From: Trichoplax adhaerens
Lineage: Eukaryota > Animalia > Placozoa
Assembly (NCBI RefSeq): GCF_000150275.1
Contig: NW_002060944.1
Span: forward strand, 9,138,159-9,202,158
Length of the DNA stretch: 64,000 bases
Direction of reading: 5' to 3'
The notes beneath the pieces were generated by a model. That model made no database searches. It was not told where the DNA came from and saw only the letters and a program-made list of their open reading frames with translations. Each line of letters begins with the position of its first letter. Position 1 is the first letter of the stretch. Made by a program: the position numbers and the translations under genes. Shown piece by piece: positions 49,560 through 63,600 of the stretch.

Positions 49560-52500
49560 ATGATATTCAAGCAATTATCCAGGAAATTGAGTAGGATATC
49601 AAAATCAATGTCTGCCTCCAAGCTAAATAAAGTATATCTTCAAATCTTGGGTAACGGTAGCAAAGATGCTCCTGCTTCTTTCCTACTCTTTACGGAAAAT
49701 CAAAGGTATCAAGTCTACCTGATGGATTGATTTAGAATAGGATAGCCTTGAACGTTATTGATGCGAGCATCTAATATCACTACTTGCCAACTTGCAAAGT
49801 TCATATAAAATCGAACCAGTAGCGAAAACAAGTTGATGTTAATTTCCATTCTGAATAATCCAATTAAAAAAAGCACATCTCGGAAATGCTCATTATTGCA
49901 CTTGAATAGTTTTAGTGGATACTGATAAATATGCAAGCTTACTCTAGACTTTGATATCGATGACGATAGGCGCTAATACTCGTATTTGAAGAAGAAAATG
50001 ATTCATTCATTTTACACACCCAAACTGCATCTCTATTTTACGCTAATGTCACCTCGATCACATCCTAATATACGCTTATCGACGATATTTTAGGTATCTA
50101 TTTAATTGCGGTGCAGGTATACAAAGAATAATCAATCGAAATCGGTAAGATGGACGATAGACTGCAATTGCATCAATTGGAATTTACAGATCATAGGAGT
50201 GATGATCAATTCTAAATCAATCATCGTAGCATACATGAAATAATGCTTAAATTTGACGTAGGATTAAGATCCATCCGTTAAAGCTAAGAAATATTTTTAT
50301 GACTCGTGCTGATTTCAATGCGGTTGGCGGCTTACCAGGTAAATCGTAATAGCACTCTTTCTACCTGATATCTTGATGACATGTCATACCGTTTTGCATC
50401 AATACTAATAGCTATGATAATACCATGACCGATGCATAGGCCTCGCGCTTACCATTAATGAAGAAGATGATATTAAAACCCCGATCAATTTATGGGGACC
50501 GCCCAGTCTCGTGAGTTGTTTTCTTATACAAGCAATAGCGATCTTAGTAATTGGTATTTGTTTTCAAATCATGTTTTCAACAACTTGCAGGAAGCCTACA
50601 TTAATGCCACTAGGTTTTACATTTTCCATCAAAAACTGAACTTCAGTATGTCCGATATCATTTTCATTTATTATTATCTTTGAATAAGATTAACAATATG
50701 AATAGTATGCCTTTACCAAGCTTTACTATTAAATGAACGTATATTGATTTGTTAAAGATGCCCATAATCCTGATTATACGTACTATTCGTATATTCAATA
50801 AGTTTACATCATGTGATTATTAGAGTAACAATCACCAGCGTAAAAAGTTCGGCAATCTGTTTGACGATCTTAATTGATTACAGTCAGTGAATGTTCCAGT
50901 AACCTGGACTTTCAATCTTGCACTCTTAGGGCATTTAACATTTACTAATGATACACCCTATTTTCAAGATGAAAACATCAAGTTATGGCCTGTTGTTATT
51001 GATGGTTAGTTGTTGATATTCAAATTAGCCTACATCTTTTATTGATATACGAGTAATTTGTGCAATCTATTCTAAAATTTTTACTAGATGTGGGCTCATC
51101 ACTTTATGAGACTTCCGAAGGTAACGTATATTTTAAGTATCAAAAGTGATAATCTGACATAGTCATAGTTAGGTGTACCTTTAAAGGATCAAATTGAACA
51201 TCATCCAGATTCCGAGGCATCAATGAATAAAAATAAAAAAATGAAAGTTTCCGAAGAAAGATTTCCTACATCTCATGTTTATAATTATCAAAATCCTCAG
51301 CAACCTACCATTATTAGCTACATCTGTCAGGTTATAGTTTATTAATGGTTAAGAATGGATCTATTTGTTACCTAACATAAGCCACTTATTATTCTTCAAT
51401 ACATTAGTATTTTACTTCGGCTATGACAAATGGTATTATAAATCGATGATACAAAGCTATAGCAATTTATTATATTTCTAAATAATGGTCGTCTTATTTC
51501 TCCATCTTTAATTCAGCTTTCACAATTACCAGGAAAATTTTTGAACGATAAAGCTGAAGCATTAGGTGTACCTAAGTATGCATTAGCTAGCTTATATGAA
51601 TGGTTTCAATGCACACTTTTACTACAGAAATAAATAATTTAATCGAAAATAATTGTCCATAAACAGCAACAAATTGAGAAAATCGCTGATAATGGGACAA
51701 ACTATTACTCTCCGGAATGGCACTGTGGTAATTCTATAGTTATCATTGATACCTCCAACATGTAGCATTCTTTTAAGAACAAAATATTAAAGATTTGCGC
51801 ATTAGATTTTAATAGGCTGTATAACTTGCAAATGATCATACTTAGGTAAGGCCAGAAGACTGTGTAGGCCCACAAGAGCCAGGAATGGTATTTATGAGTA
51901 TGTTAATATTTGAAATATTTTTGTAAAATGTTTACTATATAAAAAAAAAATAATTAAGTATTGCCACTAGCTATTACTATTGCATAAAAACATTTTTGTA
52001 ACATCCTTAGTCATTCATTGCCCAACTCTGGATCATATCCCTCAACTGGTTGGTTGTAATCGTTTTGAAAGGTATAACTAAGTTGAATAAAATAATCAGA
52101 TGCGCACTTGTGACCAAATGTTCAATTTATTGCCTTACAGTTATTTTACTAATGGCGAAAATCAACAACCAGAATTGATGTTGCATATCTGTCCAATGAA
52201 TGTGATAGAAAATACCGCATACTTGGACTGGACTAAAAAGTATATTTGCTAATGTAGATTTCTATAAAAACCTGTACAAAAACGGAAATTACTAATAATG
52301 ACAACAAATTATATCTATAAAATGGCTAAAGTAAGTAAATACTTCAAATTTTCTTACTATAACTAGATTTGGTCCAAACACGAAGCATTTGGTATTAAAT
52401 TCAGATGTATGCGGTGGAGTAACACCAATTATCTCTGAAGAAAGCTATCACAAATTACATGCTTTAAGTTCAGAAATTTTTCCACTGCTGAAATATAACA

Positions 52501-54724
52501 AATTAAGACCCGTAATTATGAGACTGCTTGTATTATTCAATTTCAGTACCTACTATCATACAGTTGCATTACTGATTTATTAGCGTTAACAAAAATGCTG
52601 TTACCGATTGTATAAGGTTGACAAGAAAGTGCCAAATAACTGGATAATTACCGATACTTTATTAACGTATCATTTCAGACCACGCAGTCTTATGGGTTTC
52701 GACAGGTCTGAGATTTTTTGCTTTATCGCTGCACCTTATTGATCTTTCGACTTGTGCAACTAACGTCAATTTTAATTATTCGATAGGTCAAAGATTTTGC
52801 AAGAAACGAACGTAAATTCGATTGTGGAAAAGATTAATAATCGAATGGATATCAAAAATGCTATACAATTTAGTAATCAAGACATTTTGGATAGAGAGAA
52901 TCGTACACTATCTGTTAAAGCTACATCACCTGTACAACGCAATCTTATTGGCAGGCACGGTGAAATTGTATTTCTCGGTACCGGCTCCTGCTATCCATCG
53001 AAATATAGAAATGTCTCCTCCATTTTGTTACGTCTAAAGTTGGTCTAGTGTGCATAGCGTAAAATCATTTTAATTAACTACTTAATTAATTTTTAAAATA
53101 ACGTAAATGACGATTTTAATCAATTGAAATTTGAAATTATAAAATTATTATTCCAATTAGTAAGAATAGCTGCATGTTAATGGATTGTGGCGAGGGTACG
53201 TTTGGGCAATTATATCGACACTATGGTAGCGAACTAAGCGATATCTTGCGACAGCTGAAATTTATCTTCATATCCCATATGCACGCTGACCATCATCAGG
53301 TATTAAATAAATATGAATTGATTAATGCTATAATTGATTAAATTACGACTACCTTTCTATTTAGGGTATCGTTGAAGTATTACTGGAGCATAAACGGGCT
53401 ACTCAGGTTAAATTTTACATAACTAATATGTTATTCCTCATCGGCACTCGTAAATACTTGTATTCATGGCAAAAGATTACTGTCTGTCGATCTCTTATAT
53501 CTAACTTTCCTACTAGTCTAAGAAAAGAACCTGATTAGCAACTAAATTACGCATTACTATTTAGAGTACCGATGGATATTATTCACCTCTTTATGTTATT
53601 GGACCATGGGCAATAAACAAGTTCTTAAACGAATATAATTCGTATTTTGAAAGTGTACAATGGAGGTAACTAGATACTGATTACCATTTCCTTTATCGTT
53701 AATTGTTGACCTAATATGAAAAACAAACTTGCTGCTGCATACTTATACTCTTGTTGTATTTTAGATTTATGTCAGCCACAGAATTCTTTAAGGAAGTTTG
53801 TGTATTTAGTGATGTAGTAAAAACCGAATTAGGCATTATAAAAGTTAGGAAAATCATGATTTAATTAATCTTTGTAGCAGGCCATGCTTTATCCTATTGC
53901 AAGAAATAACCGATTACTCTTATATTGTTAGCTGAAAACCGTTTATGCAGATCACTGTAAAGGAGCTTTTTGCATAGCTCTAACACACAGAGAAGGCTGG
54001 AAGCTAGCTTATTCAGGCGATACCCAACCAAGTTCTAAATTTGTTGAAATTGGTTCATATCTACCAATAACTTTTTCGTTTCATTAAAATGAGAAGTTCT
54101 TGTAATATAAAGTGCTCATTGTTATGTAATTAATGCCTACATCTAATAGGTAAGGATGCAGACGTATTAATACATGAAGCCACTTTCGAAGATGATTTAG
54201 TCGATGAAGCCAGAAGTAGAAAGCACAGGTTAATTTTTTATTTCAAGTCTTTACTATAAAAATTTTTTCACCATTCTTAAATTAAAAATTATGGTTACTC
54301 TGATTAATTATGTATACTCGTATTCTTATTTCTTAAAATGCATTATGAATGCTTGCTATTTACCTAATTCAATTCGATCCTATTCTATAGCACGACATCC
54401 GAAGCAATTGAAATTGGTGTTAAAATGAATGCAAAATTTACCATTCTTACGCATTTCAGCCAACGGTATCCTAAAATTCCAGCTTTTAGTGAGAATTATA
54501 GCGATCGAACTGGAATCGCTTATGACCACATGACGGTAACCGCAGTAATTTTATTACTCTTTTACGTGTTAAACTATTTGAGACTGCCGTATTGTTGTTG
54601 ATGATGTTAACGTTACCTGTATACAAATTTTGATTAGGTAAACTCTGAAAGTATCCTTTTCCTACCAAGATTACTAAAACCTCTTAATATAATTTTTAAA
54701 GAGGAAGAAGAAATAGAAGACTAA
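49560..54724 (+). CDS. ELAC2: tRNA 3'-endonuclease RNase Z long form, multi-exon
   Basis: VYLQILGNG..YLFNCGAGIQR, PGKFLNDKAEALGVP, IVFLGTGSCYPSKYRNVS, LMDCGEGTFGQL, ISHMHADHHQG (HxHxDH), YSGDTQP, LIHEATFED, LTHFSQRYPKIP; stop at 54722-54724. Confidence 0.96.
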
Positions 54725-56922
54725 TTTCCATTATGTGAAAATAGTTATCAACTAGTTTACATGTCGTAAAAATAAAACTTAAAGGCCAATTTGTTTAAAA
54801 ATTGCCCAGCAATACTGTATTAACGAACCAAAGCAATCAAAACTTTATTGTTACTGAAAATAGATTGTTATTACTTACAGCTGCTAATATCGATTATTAC
54901 GCTACTAACAGGTATAATTATCATTTTCTAAGGCAAAATAAATTTTTTATGATAGCACGTAATAAGTAACGAGACACTTTTTTAAGGAAGGTTTGAGTTA
55001 TTAAGAAATAGCTAATTTCTAACTCAGATTGTACCAATGCAGTATGCAAAAAATGGATAATAACGTTGATGGACAACATTCGCATCGGTGAAACATTTAC
55101 AAAAATGCTATTCAAGAAAATTTACTAAGCATAGTCGGCATAGAATACCTTAAACGGAATAAATTAAATTTTAAGACATGGCTACAATAGTTTTCGATAA
55201 GGAATACATGCTTATGAATATATAAAATTTGATCATACTACTATAGATTTCCTTTTTTAACGCTGTCACCATCTACGGTACTAATTGTAAACTATAGAAA
55301 TTGAAAAGAAACAGTGGGTATTATGGGCTTTAAAATTTTTCATAATGAGACCACTGACTATAACTAATAGCTGTTATTAACTGTAACGACATTTGTGGTT
55401 TTAATTCATTTCTCATGCATGCGAGTTATAAAAATTTAGATAGAATGTAATTAAATTACTCAAACTTGTTTGTTACGATAAAGCCAATAGCTGCAAGACA
55501 TCATATTGATTCGTTGACGTAGTCATGAAGTCAATTTTGCTATCGACGAGTCTGGTGTCTGGTAGTGTCTAGACTCTGACTATTTGTCCATGTCAGCTTC
55601 GTGCAGGGTAGGTTGTATAGCTTCATGATTATCGTCATAAGACTTATATAAGAGCTACAGCAAGAACTGACTTGAGCGTATTAGATAAACAACAATCATA
55701 TTAATTCCGATTTTGGTAATCGTAGACAAATTGGAGTCGATTGGAATTAGAATTGTTTTTACTAATAACAAGATTGTATTACCATTTTAAAAATGGCGTT
55801 TTGCCAGATCTCTACGTCAGAAAATACAACTCAGATACCAGGTTAATATACGTAAATGGGTCTGTTTTACTAAGGGCGTTGCTGAGACACTCTATTAAAT
55901 GTTGGACGTCAAGTTACTAATACAGTACAGTCATCTAGCAGATTCCTCATAAGCACTTCAAATTTACAGATTACTTGCTCGCTAGTTTATATCATGCCTC
56001 ATTTTTGAATAATAAAATGAATACTATTATAGATATTGTTGTACGATTACTATAATTGAAAAAGCGGTACTCATTCGATGTTATCAACTCTTGTACTAAT
56101 CTCACATAACGCAATATTTATTAATGTAGATTTAACGTAGACTGAAATATACCGCGCTCGATAAACACTGTAATATGAATATTACTACTGCACTGTAGCA
56201 ATTCTTAAACACTGTATTTTTGTATCCCGTTGTGCTCATCTGTATCAATTCCTTATGTTTTGTTGATACCTTGTAAGAGCGTAGTCCTATGTTGCAAGGA
56301 TATCAATAAATAAATAAATAAATAAACAAGCCACGTTACAGTGTCTTCAGGTTTACAGTACTAATGTTTCTAAATTTGCTAGACTGACAGAGCGACTCTA
56401 TTCGAACTTGATTGAGAGAAATGTAACCTACAGTAACTCTATTAGGTCTTTTAATACTGTATACTAAAACAGCGTATATATAGTAACAATAGAGAATTTA
56501 CCGGTTTATATAGGTAGAAATGTGAATTACCACCACTAGCCACAATCAGGATAGTTGGACAATTGCTATTAATTCTCATTTTATTTAATTAGCAGATGAA
56601 TAATTTCAAACTTGATTAGAAAAGTGAAGGGTCCGATTTCAATAAATTTTTCTTTGTAATCGTGATTACAAAAAGGCAATATTAGATTGCTGCTGTACAG
56701 TATACACAGTATCAATCTATTTCACACCAGAAATTGAATAAAAGTAAATGTGAAGGTAATTGTCGTTGTCTAGCGATCAAAATACTAGAGTACTTTATCG
56801 TAGAACAAATAGAACTGTCTTTAATAATCAACATAAAGCAGTAGTTGTAGTATTTGTAAAATAATTGTGTTGATAGCTTACAGTTATCAACCTCACTACA
56901 GCCTAGTTTTCATGCAATTTAT

Positions 56923-58325
56923 TCAGCTTAGGATCCTTAAAGTCTCTAAAAGTCTCTTATATTGTGGCGATTTCACAGTTTCTTGTACTGCAAAATATTG
57001 TAATAAATTGGTAGATTAATATCTTGGCAGACTTTGTAACATGCACATAGAGTGTAAATTTACTATTAGGTAATTAATTATAACTGTGCATAAAAACTTT
57101 TGGCAATAAAGTGCTTATGACGACGTAAATCCACACGTTAAACTATGACTATTCTAATCAAATACGTAAGCTAGAGTTATGAGGCTATTGAACAAGTCAA
57201 GGCTAGTAAAGTTAGTAAAGATTCATTAATAAATTAAATTAAATTTTTTATAGTAAAGTAAGCCATTGAGATTCGTATAACGTAAAGTACAATATCAATG
57301 CGCTTAATCTATTACTTGATTGCAATTACCTTTAGAAACATCAACGGAATCAGCTTGATCCATTCTTTCTTTAGCAAATTTTAGAGTGGTATCTCTTGCT
57401 GAGCCACGCAGGCCTTGCATGTATTTTATCAAGGTTTTAAAATCACTTTCACTAACCTAAAACACATTTATTAATGTATTCGTTACTCTCCTTTATAATT
57501 CAATTTACATCATATTAGTCAATTTCAACGACACATACTCAATTACTGTATAGAAGCACAGTGCAGTATTAATTATAATTAACCTAGTGATGATACGAGT
57601 ATAATTTTAGAGCTCATGACCGCTTTACTGCTGTACTGTACTGTATACAAGTTGGACACAATCATCATCATGCTACCTGTACGCGTAAATGGATAATGAT
57701 TTCTCTACTGTCTATAAAGACAATTAGGCTGTGGCATTATTGCAGACTGTAGCTCTGGAACAAGCTATTCAGAAACTATATAGTACCTACAAAGCTGGCA
57801 TTGACTAGAATATGCCATTTCCATAAACTATGCATATCGTCCATTGCACAGTGGAACATGATGATCGAGATGAATTAATGGAAAAAATGACTATAAATCT
57901 CTTACAGTCAATCAACTACAGTAGTATCATTTTGATAATCTTCCATATGTAAATCGATGGAAATGCACTATGATTTGCGTCTAGAGGCTAGAGTAGCTTT
58001 AAAAATGTTGAGGATATCCATTGGTCTATACCGCGTACTCGTCAGTCTGCAAATAGTCCTTTACCTTACTGACATCCATCATATTTTTCAGTAACCAAAC
58101 TTGCCTATTCTTTTTAAATGACCAATTGGATCGATCATCTTGCCATTTTCTTAGATAATCTATAGCAGGATGGGTATCATTGCCGGTCGTAGTATCCTGT
58201 AATTTTGGATCAGGGACGGAGGCATTTTCTGTAGATGCCAGACCTTTCTGATTAAGCTTATTCTTTGCTTTGCTCTTCCTCGACTTGTTCTTCTTATTCT
58301 TCTTCTTCTTATTATTGGTTTTCAT
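56923..58325 (-). CDS. C7orf50: C7orf50-like WKF-domain (DUF2373) protein, 3 coding exons; start codon uncertain
   Basis: Lys-rich N-terminus, AIDYLRKW...WSFKKNRQVWLL, then YMQGLRGSARDTT, then QYKRLLETLRILS-stop; GT-AG junctions in phase. Confidence 0.82.
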
Positions 58326-58599
58326 CTTGTCCTCTATGCAATTGTGTACCGTATTAGACAGTATCAATACAACGATTGCATTCACAACAGCTTAATCCTC
58401 CTTGGTTTTAATTGCAGTCTTTGCAAAAGATAGAAGAGCCAATTGAATTATTATTGCTTGGCTGCAGCCATTCTGCATCTTGCCATTTCAGCTAGTCTCG
58501 GTTTCATTTGGTCAGAAGCAGAGTCAGCAGTCTCAGGACTGTGTCGACAGCCTATAGTGTCTTCGACGATTTGCATTCTCATACAATACATCAACATCT

Positions 58600-59110
58600 T
58601 GATCAGTGTATCCTACACTGTACTCCACCGGGCCATGGATGAAGCGAGTCCTTTTTGTCTGTCAGTCTGCACGTTAACTACAGTACACTGGACGGTCTAC
58701 AGTCTATAGTACTGTGCCGTACAGTACACTGTACTGTAGTCTCCGACTGTTCTTGTTGGTCAACTCCTCAGCCTACAGTACGTTGTACTGTACAGTACTG
58801 TAGGTCTATCAGCAGAGCCAGTCCATTTGTCTGTCAGTCTATGCCCAATGCAGTACCCATAGCGTACTGTCCAGACTTGTTGGTCAACCCCTTAAAAAGA
58901 AAAGAAGCCTACTGTACAATGTACTGTACATACTGTAACTCTAGAGACCGGTCCCTACTCCATGTACTGTACTGTAGGTCCATCAGTGGAGAGTCCATCT
59001 GTCTGTCAGCCTACCCCCAATACAATGGACAATTGAACAGTCCACAGTCTATAGTACTGTACTTACCTTAGCGTACTGTAGCCTCCCACTGTGCTTGTTG
59101 GTCAACCCCG
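58600..59110. repeat. Three degenerate ~170 bp copies in the C7orf50/PKA-R divergent promoter region
   Basis: AGTCC.T.TGTCTGTCAG.CT (~58647, 58820, 58992) and CTTGTTGGTCAAC (~58752, 58876, 59094) are triplicated. Confidence 0.88.
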
Positions 59111-60641
59111 AAACCTATCCATGTCAATAAACGGCATGAAAATACACCATACAATACGGGATCCATTGACAATCGCCATACTGTACGTGTTGACGTTGTC
59201 CAAGACGTCAGCACTAGTATAGTGTACAGTATGGTTATGTAGCAAGGGGGTGGGTATCATTTTCAGTACTGTAGTGATTCTATCGTTGACGTCATTGTGA
59301 TGTTGTGATAAGCTGAAACAACCGCCTCAAGGGGCATCGATCATGTCAATATTCTCTCTTAACAATGTCGACAGAAACATCGGAATTACAACAACTGTAA
59401 AATAATACCTCCCATTAAAATAATAGTGCAAACTCAAGGTAAATGAGAGTGCTGTAAGGTGCAGTAGATTATTTTCCAACGGTAGACTGTCGGCTTGTGT
59501 ACAGTGTACAGCATGAATCTACAGCAAATTGTCATGTCCTGTTTAACTTCAATACAGTACAATTGGAGTTTCATAAAAGGAAAAGTGCGTATCTTGTACA
59601 TTTCCAAGTCTGCATTTATTCTAGTAATGGATGAGTAGGTCTTGATGTTATTTTAAACACATGATCTTTACAGTATAATTCAAAAGGAAGATTCCATAGT
59701 GTTGTTTTTGTAACCCACCGTACATCGACGCTGTAGCAAGTTGGTATTCAAGCGTAGTCTGCATCGCCTGTGCCTTGAAGTATTCAATGAAAAAAAAAAA
59801 AAGAAAACAATTTTCTCCCATACAACTATGTGATTGTACAGTATTGGAATACTGTCCCTACGTCGTTGCTGCTACTTAGCCAATGGCTATAACGAGTCGT
59901 CAGAATTGTTGAATTACCCGTGTATACTGTAGCTCACAAGTTGGTTGAATCTATGCTAGTAGTATGCTAGTAGTAATCTACTACAGGATGGAATCACTAT
60001 GTAATCAAGTGACACTGTTAATTTATCTTATTGTAATGCTTGTCGAAAATGTTGGAAGTAAACCGTTAGTTAATTAATTTTAATTTGTTGCATGGAGGTA
60101 GGAAAGGATCCATTGTTGATCGTTCTAGTGTACACTGTCCAGTACACAGTATACAGTACTGTAGATTGTTGATTTTGGTTGATGATTAGCCTGACTCCAC
60201 TACAGTACCGAGTGCAGTAGGCTACAGTACGTCGTCTACAGTCAGTAGCACTGTACACTGTACACTAGGGTAACAATGGAAATTGAGACGTTTAGACGCT
60301 TGGCCAGTTTTCGTGTTTGGACGTTAAATACACATCGAGACAACCGACGCCAAGTCCTGACGTCCATATGTCCCATGTGCTGTATAGGACTGTACAGTGT
60401 ACAGTACCAAGCTGCTGGCTCGGAGGACTGTAGACTAGTGGACACACCGTAGACTAATAGGTACTCAGCGTTGAGCGAGTATTACAGTACTGTGTATAGT
60501 GGTGCAGCGCACATTTCAGTACTGCACCTACTAGTCAACCATTTAAACCGACCACTGTACTGTACTGTACTGTAAAGTTGCAATTTTTTAACACTCCTCC
60601 GCCTCCAATTCTGTACAGTAGGGCTCTGGACTGATCGCAAA

Positions 60642-63600
60642 ATGGCCAAGCCGTCCACGATCTCTTTCAGCGGTACTGAAGCAGATACCGACGCCGAAAG
60701 TTTACGACAATGTGAGAGATATGTAGAAGAACACAACCTACAAGCTGTCTTAAAGGAGAGCATAGTACAACTTTGCATATCGCAACCGAACAACCCTTTC
60801 AGCTTTTTGCGAGACCACTTTGAGAATTTATCGATGGTAAGTGGTTACCATCACAATGTTTTCCAAGCACTGTTGAACAATAGTTCAATGCAAATGACAC
60901 ACTATTCTATCCTCAGTCGTGGAATAAATTGGACATTTTTCCAACAATGTGTAGTGTTGAACTTGTAGTACAACAGTTATCTCTGTTTAGTCCATGTTAG
61001 CATAGGCAACGCTGCAGCATCATCCTCTTTTCAAACTAGAAAGTTGTATTGAATTCTTGACTTTGTACAAATTCCAACATTGATGTTTGTCTGTTGTCAC
61101 TTGAATGTGTATGATACCCTACTATCCACAGCGTAAGTTATACCACAGTAGCGATGCATTGCCTATCCAGTAAGTATATTGCTGTTTGCTGCGAGTATCG
61201 TCGACAGCCTTGTTAGGTATTTGCTTCGTTGAAGCCAACGTCAATCGACGATACATACATCGACCAACCGCGACTTTCATCCAACCAAGTGGATGGTATT
61301 TCATCGCATCCTTACCAAGCATTCTATGTAATAATATTGTCTATCAATGGTGCACATCGCAAGAGGCAAAGAGAGAGAGAGAAGGCACACACATGTACAT
61401 CCAAGTCTACTACTTCAACTCTACCTATGACCGATTCAATTCCCCTTGTAGAATGGACATAGTCACTGACCAGTCGCGTGGAGGCGTTAAAGTGTAAAAT
61501 AATGACTGAATTTATCCTTGACAACAGTTGAAAATCATCCGATTGCAACGTCGATAATGTCAATTCTACAACAGCCAATCGTTGATTCAATCTTCAACCC
61601 ATCAATCCTACTGTATAAGCCAACATTGATGGCGATTTCTCCCTTAATGGAAGCAATTTATTCAGCCCAGTTTTTGTCTTCAAAGCCAGATGAATTCTAC
61701 AAGGCATTGAAAAATGATGATTCTAGCCATGGTTGTCGCAAGTCGATACAACAAGCTATTGCACGATAACATGATTCAGTACCTAATCCAATGGATCCAC
61801 GCTGTCTGATACTGTACTGTAGGCTAGACTTGCAGTGAGCGTTTCGACGCGTTGAACAGCCTCGCATCAGATCATTGCAACTTGGCCGGTGTAAATCGAT
61901 AGACTATACCATACAATAGTAACAGTCATATGTTAACACCGCAAAGTGGCGTCTCTTTTCTCCCCCCCCTTGTACAGTCCCAACTTTCACTGACTTGGAC
62001 TGTACGCTACAGTACTATACACTGTGTACATGACGTTGTCCAGGTCGTGGCTGACTGCAATCAACTGTATGATACAGTACTCAAGCTGTCCTCTACTAGA
62101 ACGGGAACTACAGTCAAGAAACTTCAATACCTACAGTCAAAAGACTCACATCCACTCTACACTACTCAAGATGCTGCAGCGCCCAAAGGTGTCACATCTC
62201 ACAATGACTCTCAATACAGACATGTCACCATAGATACAGTACGTACCACTCGACTATTGTCAACAGGACAATGGAATAGGCTGGAGAGGACGGATGGAAC
62301 GCCTGTTGACAGTCAGCTAGAAGATGCATTACAAATGGAATGGACAGCATCGGTCATAACATTTCTTGCTCAATTCAACCACTGTAGCCACTTGCATCCT
62401 CCAATGGCCCTTAATTTACCCTTAGCCATCAGTAAAGAGACAACATGACATTCAAGAAAAAATAGAAACCATCGGATTGCAGTTTGAGTTCATTTTTCAT
62501 CTCTATTGTCATACGTTAGGCCTAGCAAATAGCATACAATACTCTTGTCAAGTTCGCATGATTACAGTGATTGTTCCCTTTATAATGTTGAAATGTCTGT
62601 TTTACTTGATATACTGTCAAGTAGAATACGACAGTACCACGACGATGGGAGAAAGTACTACGCTTAGCGATGACTGGACGTATTATTTTTTTTCTCATTC
62701 TTCCCCCTTCAACGCATACAAATGATTATTTGTTATTATTCTTCTTTTTTTAAAGGACTATAATGAAAAGAAAAAGAAGCAATTACAAGGGCAGTCTAGC
62801 AGTGAAGACAGCAAAGATAGAGATGAAGAACCAACTACAGAACCAGCTTCAACTGGTAGGAGACGAAGAGGTGGTGTTAGTGGTGCTGTAATTAACGAAG
62901 ATGATGCTGCAACATATGTTAAGAAGGTATACCTTAGTGCTGTAGATAGAGGTTGTACATAGAGAATTTCTTATCGCTTATACAATCCAATAGCGCAAAC
63001 TAGCGTCGATTGTAAGCGTGATGGATACGACATTACTCTACACACGCTTGTACCCATGTAGCGCATATTCAGTATAACTCTTGGTAGGAAGATCAAAATC
63101 TCTACCACGTATATAAATCATGGCTGATCATATTGTCAATTGTAATAAACCTTAGGTTGTACCCAAAGACTTTAAGACCATGCAAGCTTTATCAAAAGCG
63201 ATAGAAAAGAATATCTTATTTTCACATCTGGATGATAACGAAAGAAGGTCACTATGCAATAGCGATAATTGATACCGAACCTTGTCTTATGCTCTTTTTT
63301 CAATGATAATACCGTTTCAATATTAGCTGACAATGGACTTTGTTCTTAAACAGTGATATTTTTGACGCTATGTTTCCATGTGAAAGTAAGCCTGGTGACA
63401 TCATCATCAGACAAGGTCTGCTCGCATAGCTACATTCCAACCTAGAATAAAAATGAAATCTTTCAAATACTCATTATACTATTACTACGATCATGGCATA
63501 ATAGAAATGCCCTTTTCCAAGACTACTTTCTGTTTTTTCAATTTTCCGTTACTGTCTATACCGAACGAACTGAACTGATTTCATTGTTCATACGTATTAG

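Noticed and set aside
58443-60793. ORFs rich in TVQY/YCT peptides
   Set aside because: Produced by the TACAGTA/TACTGTA clusters or antisense to PKA-R exon 1.
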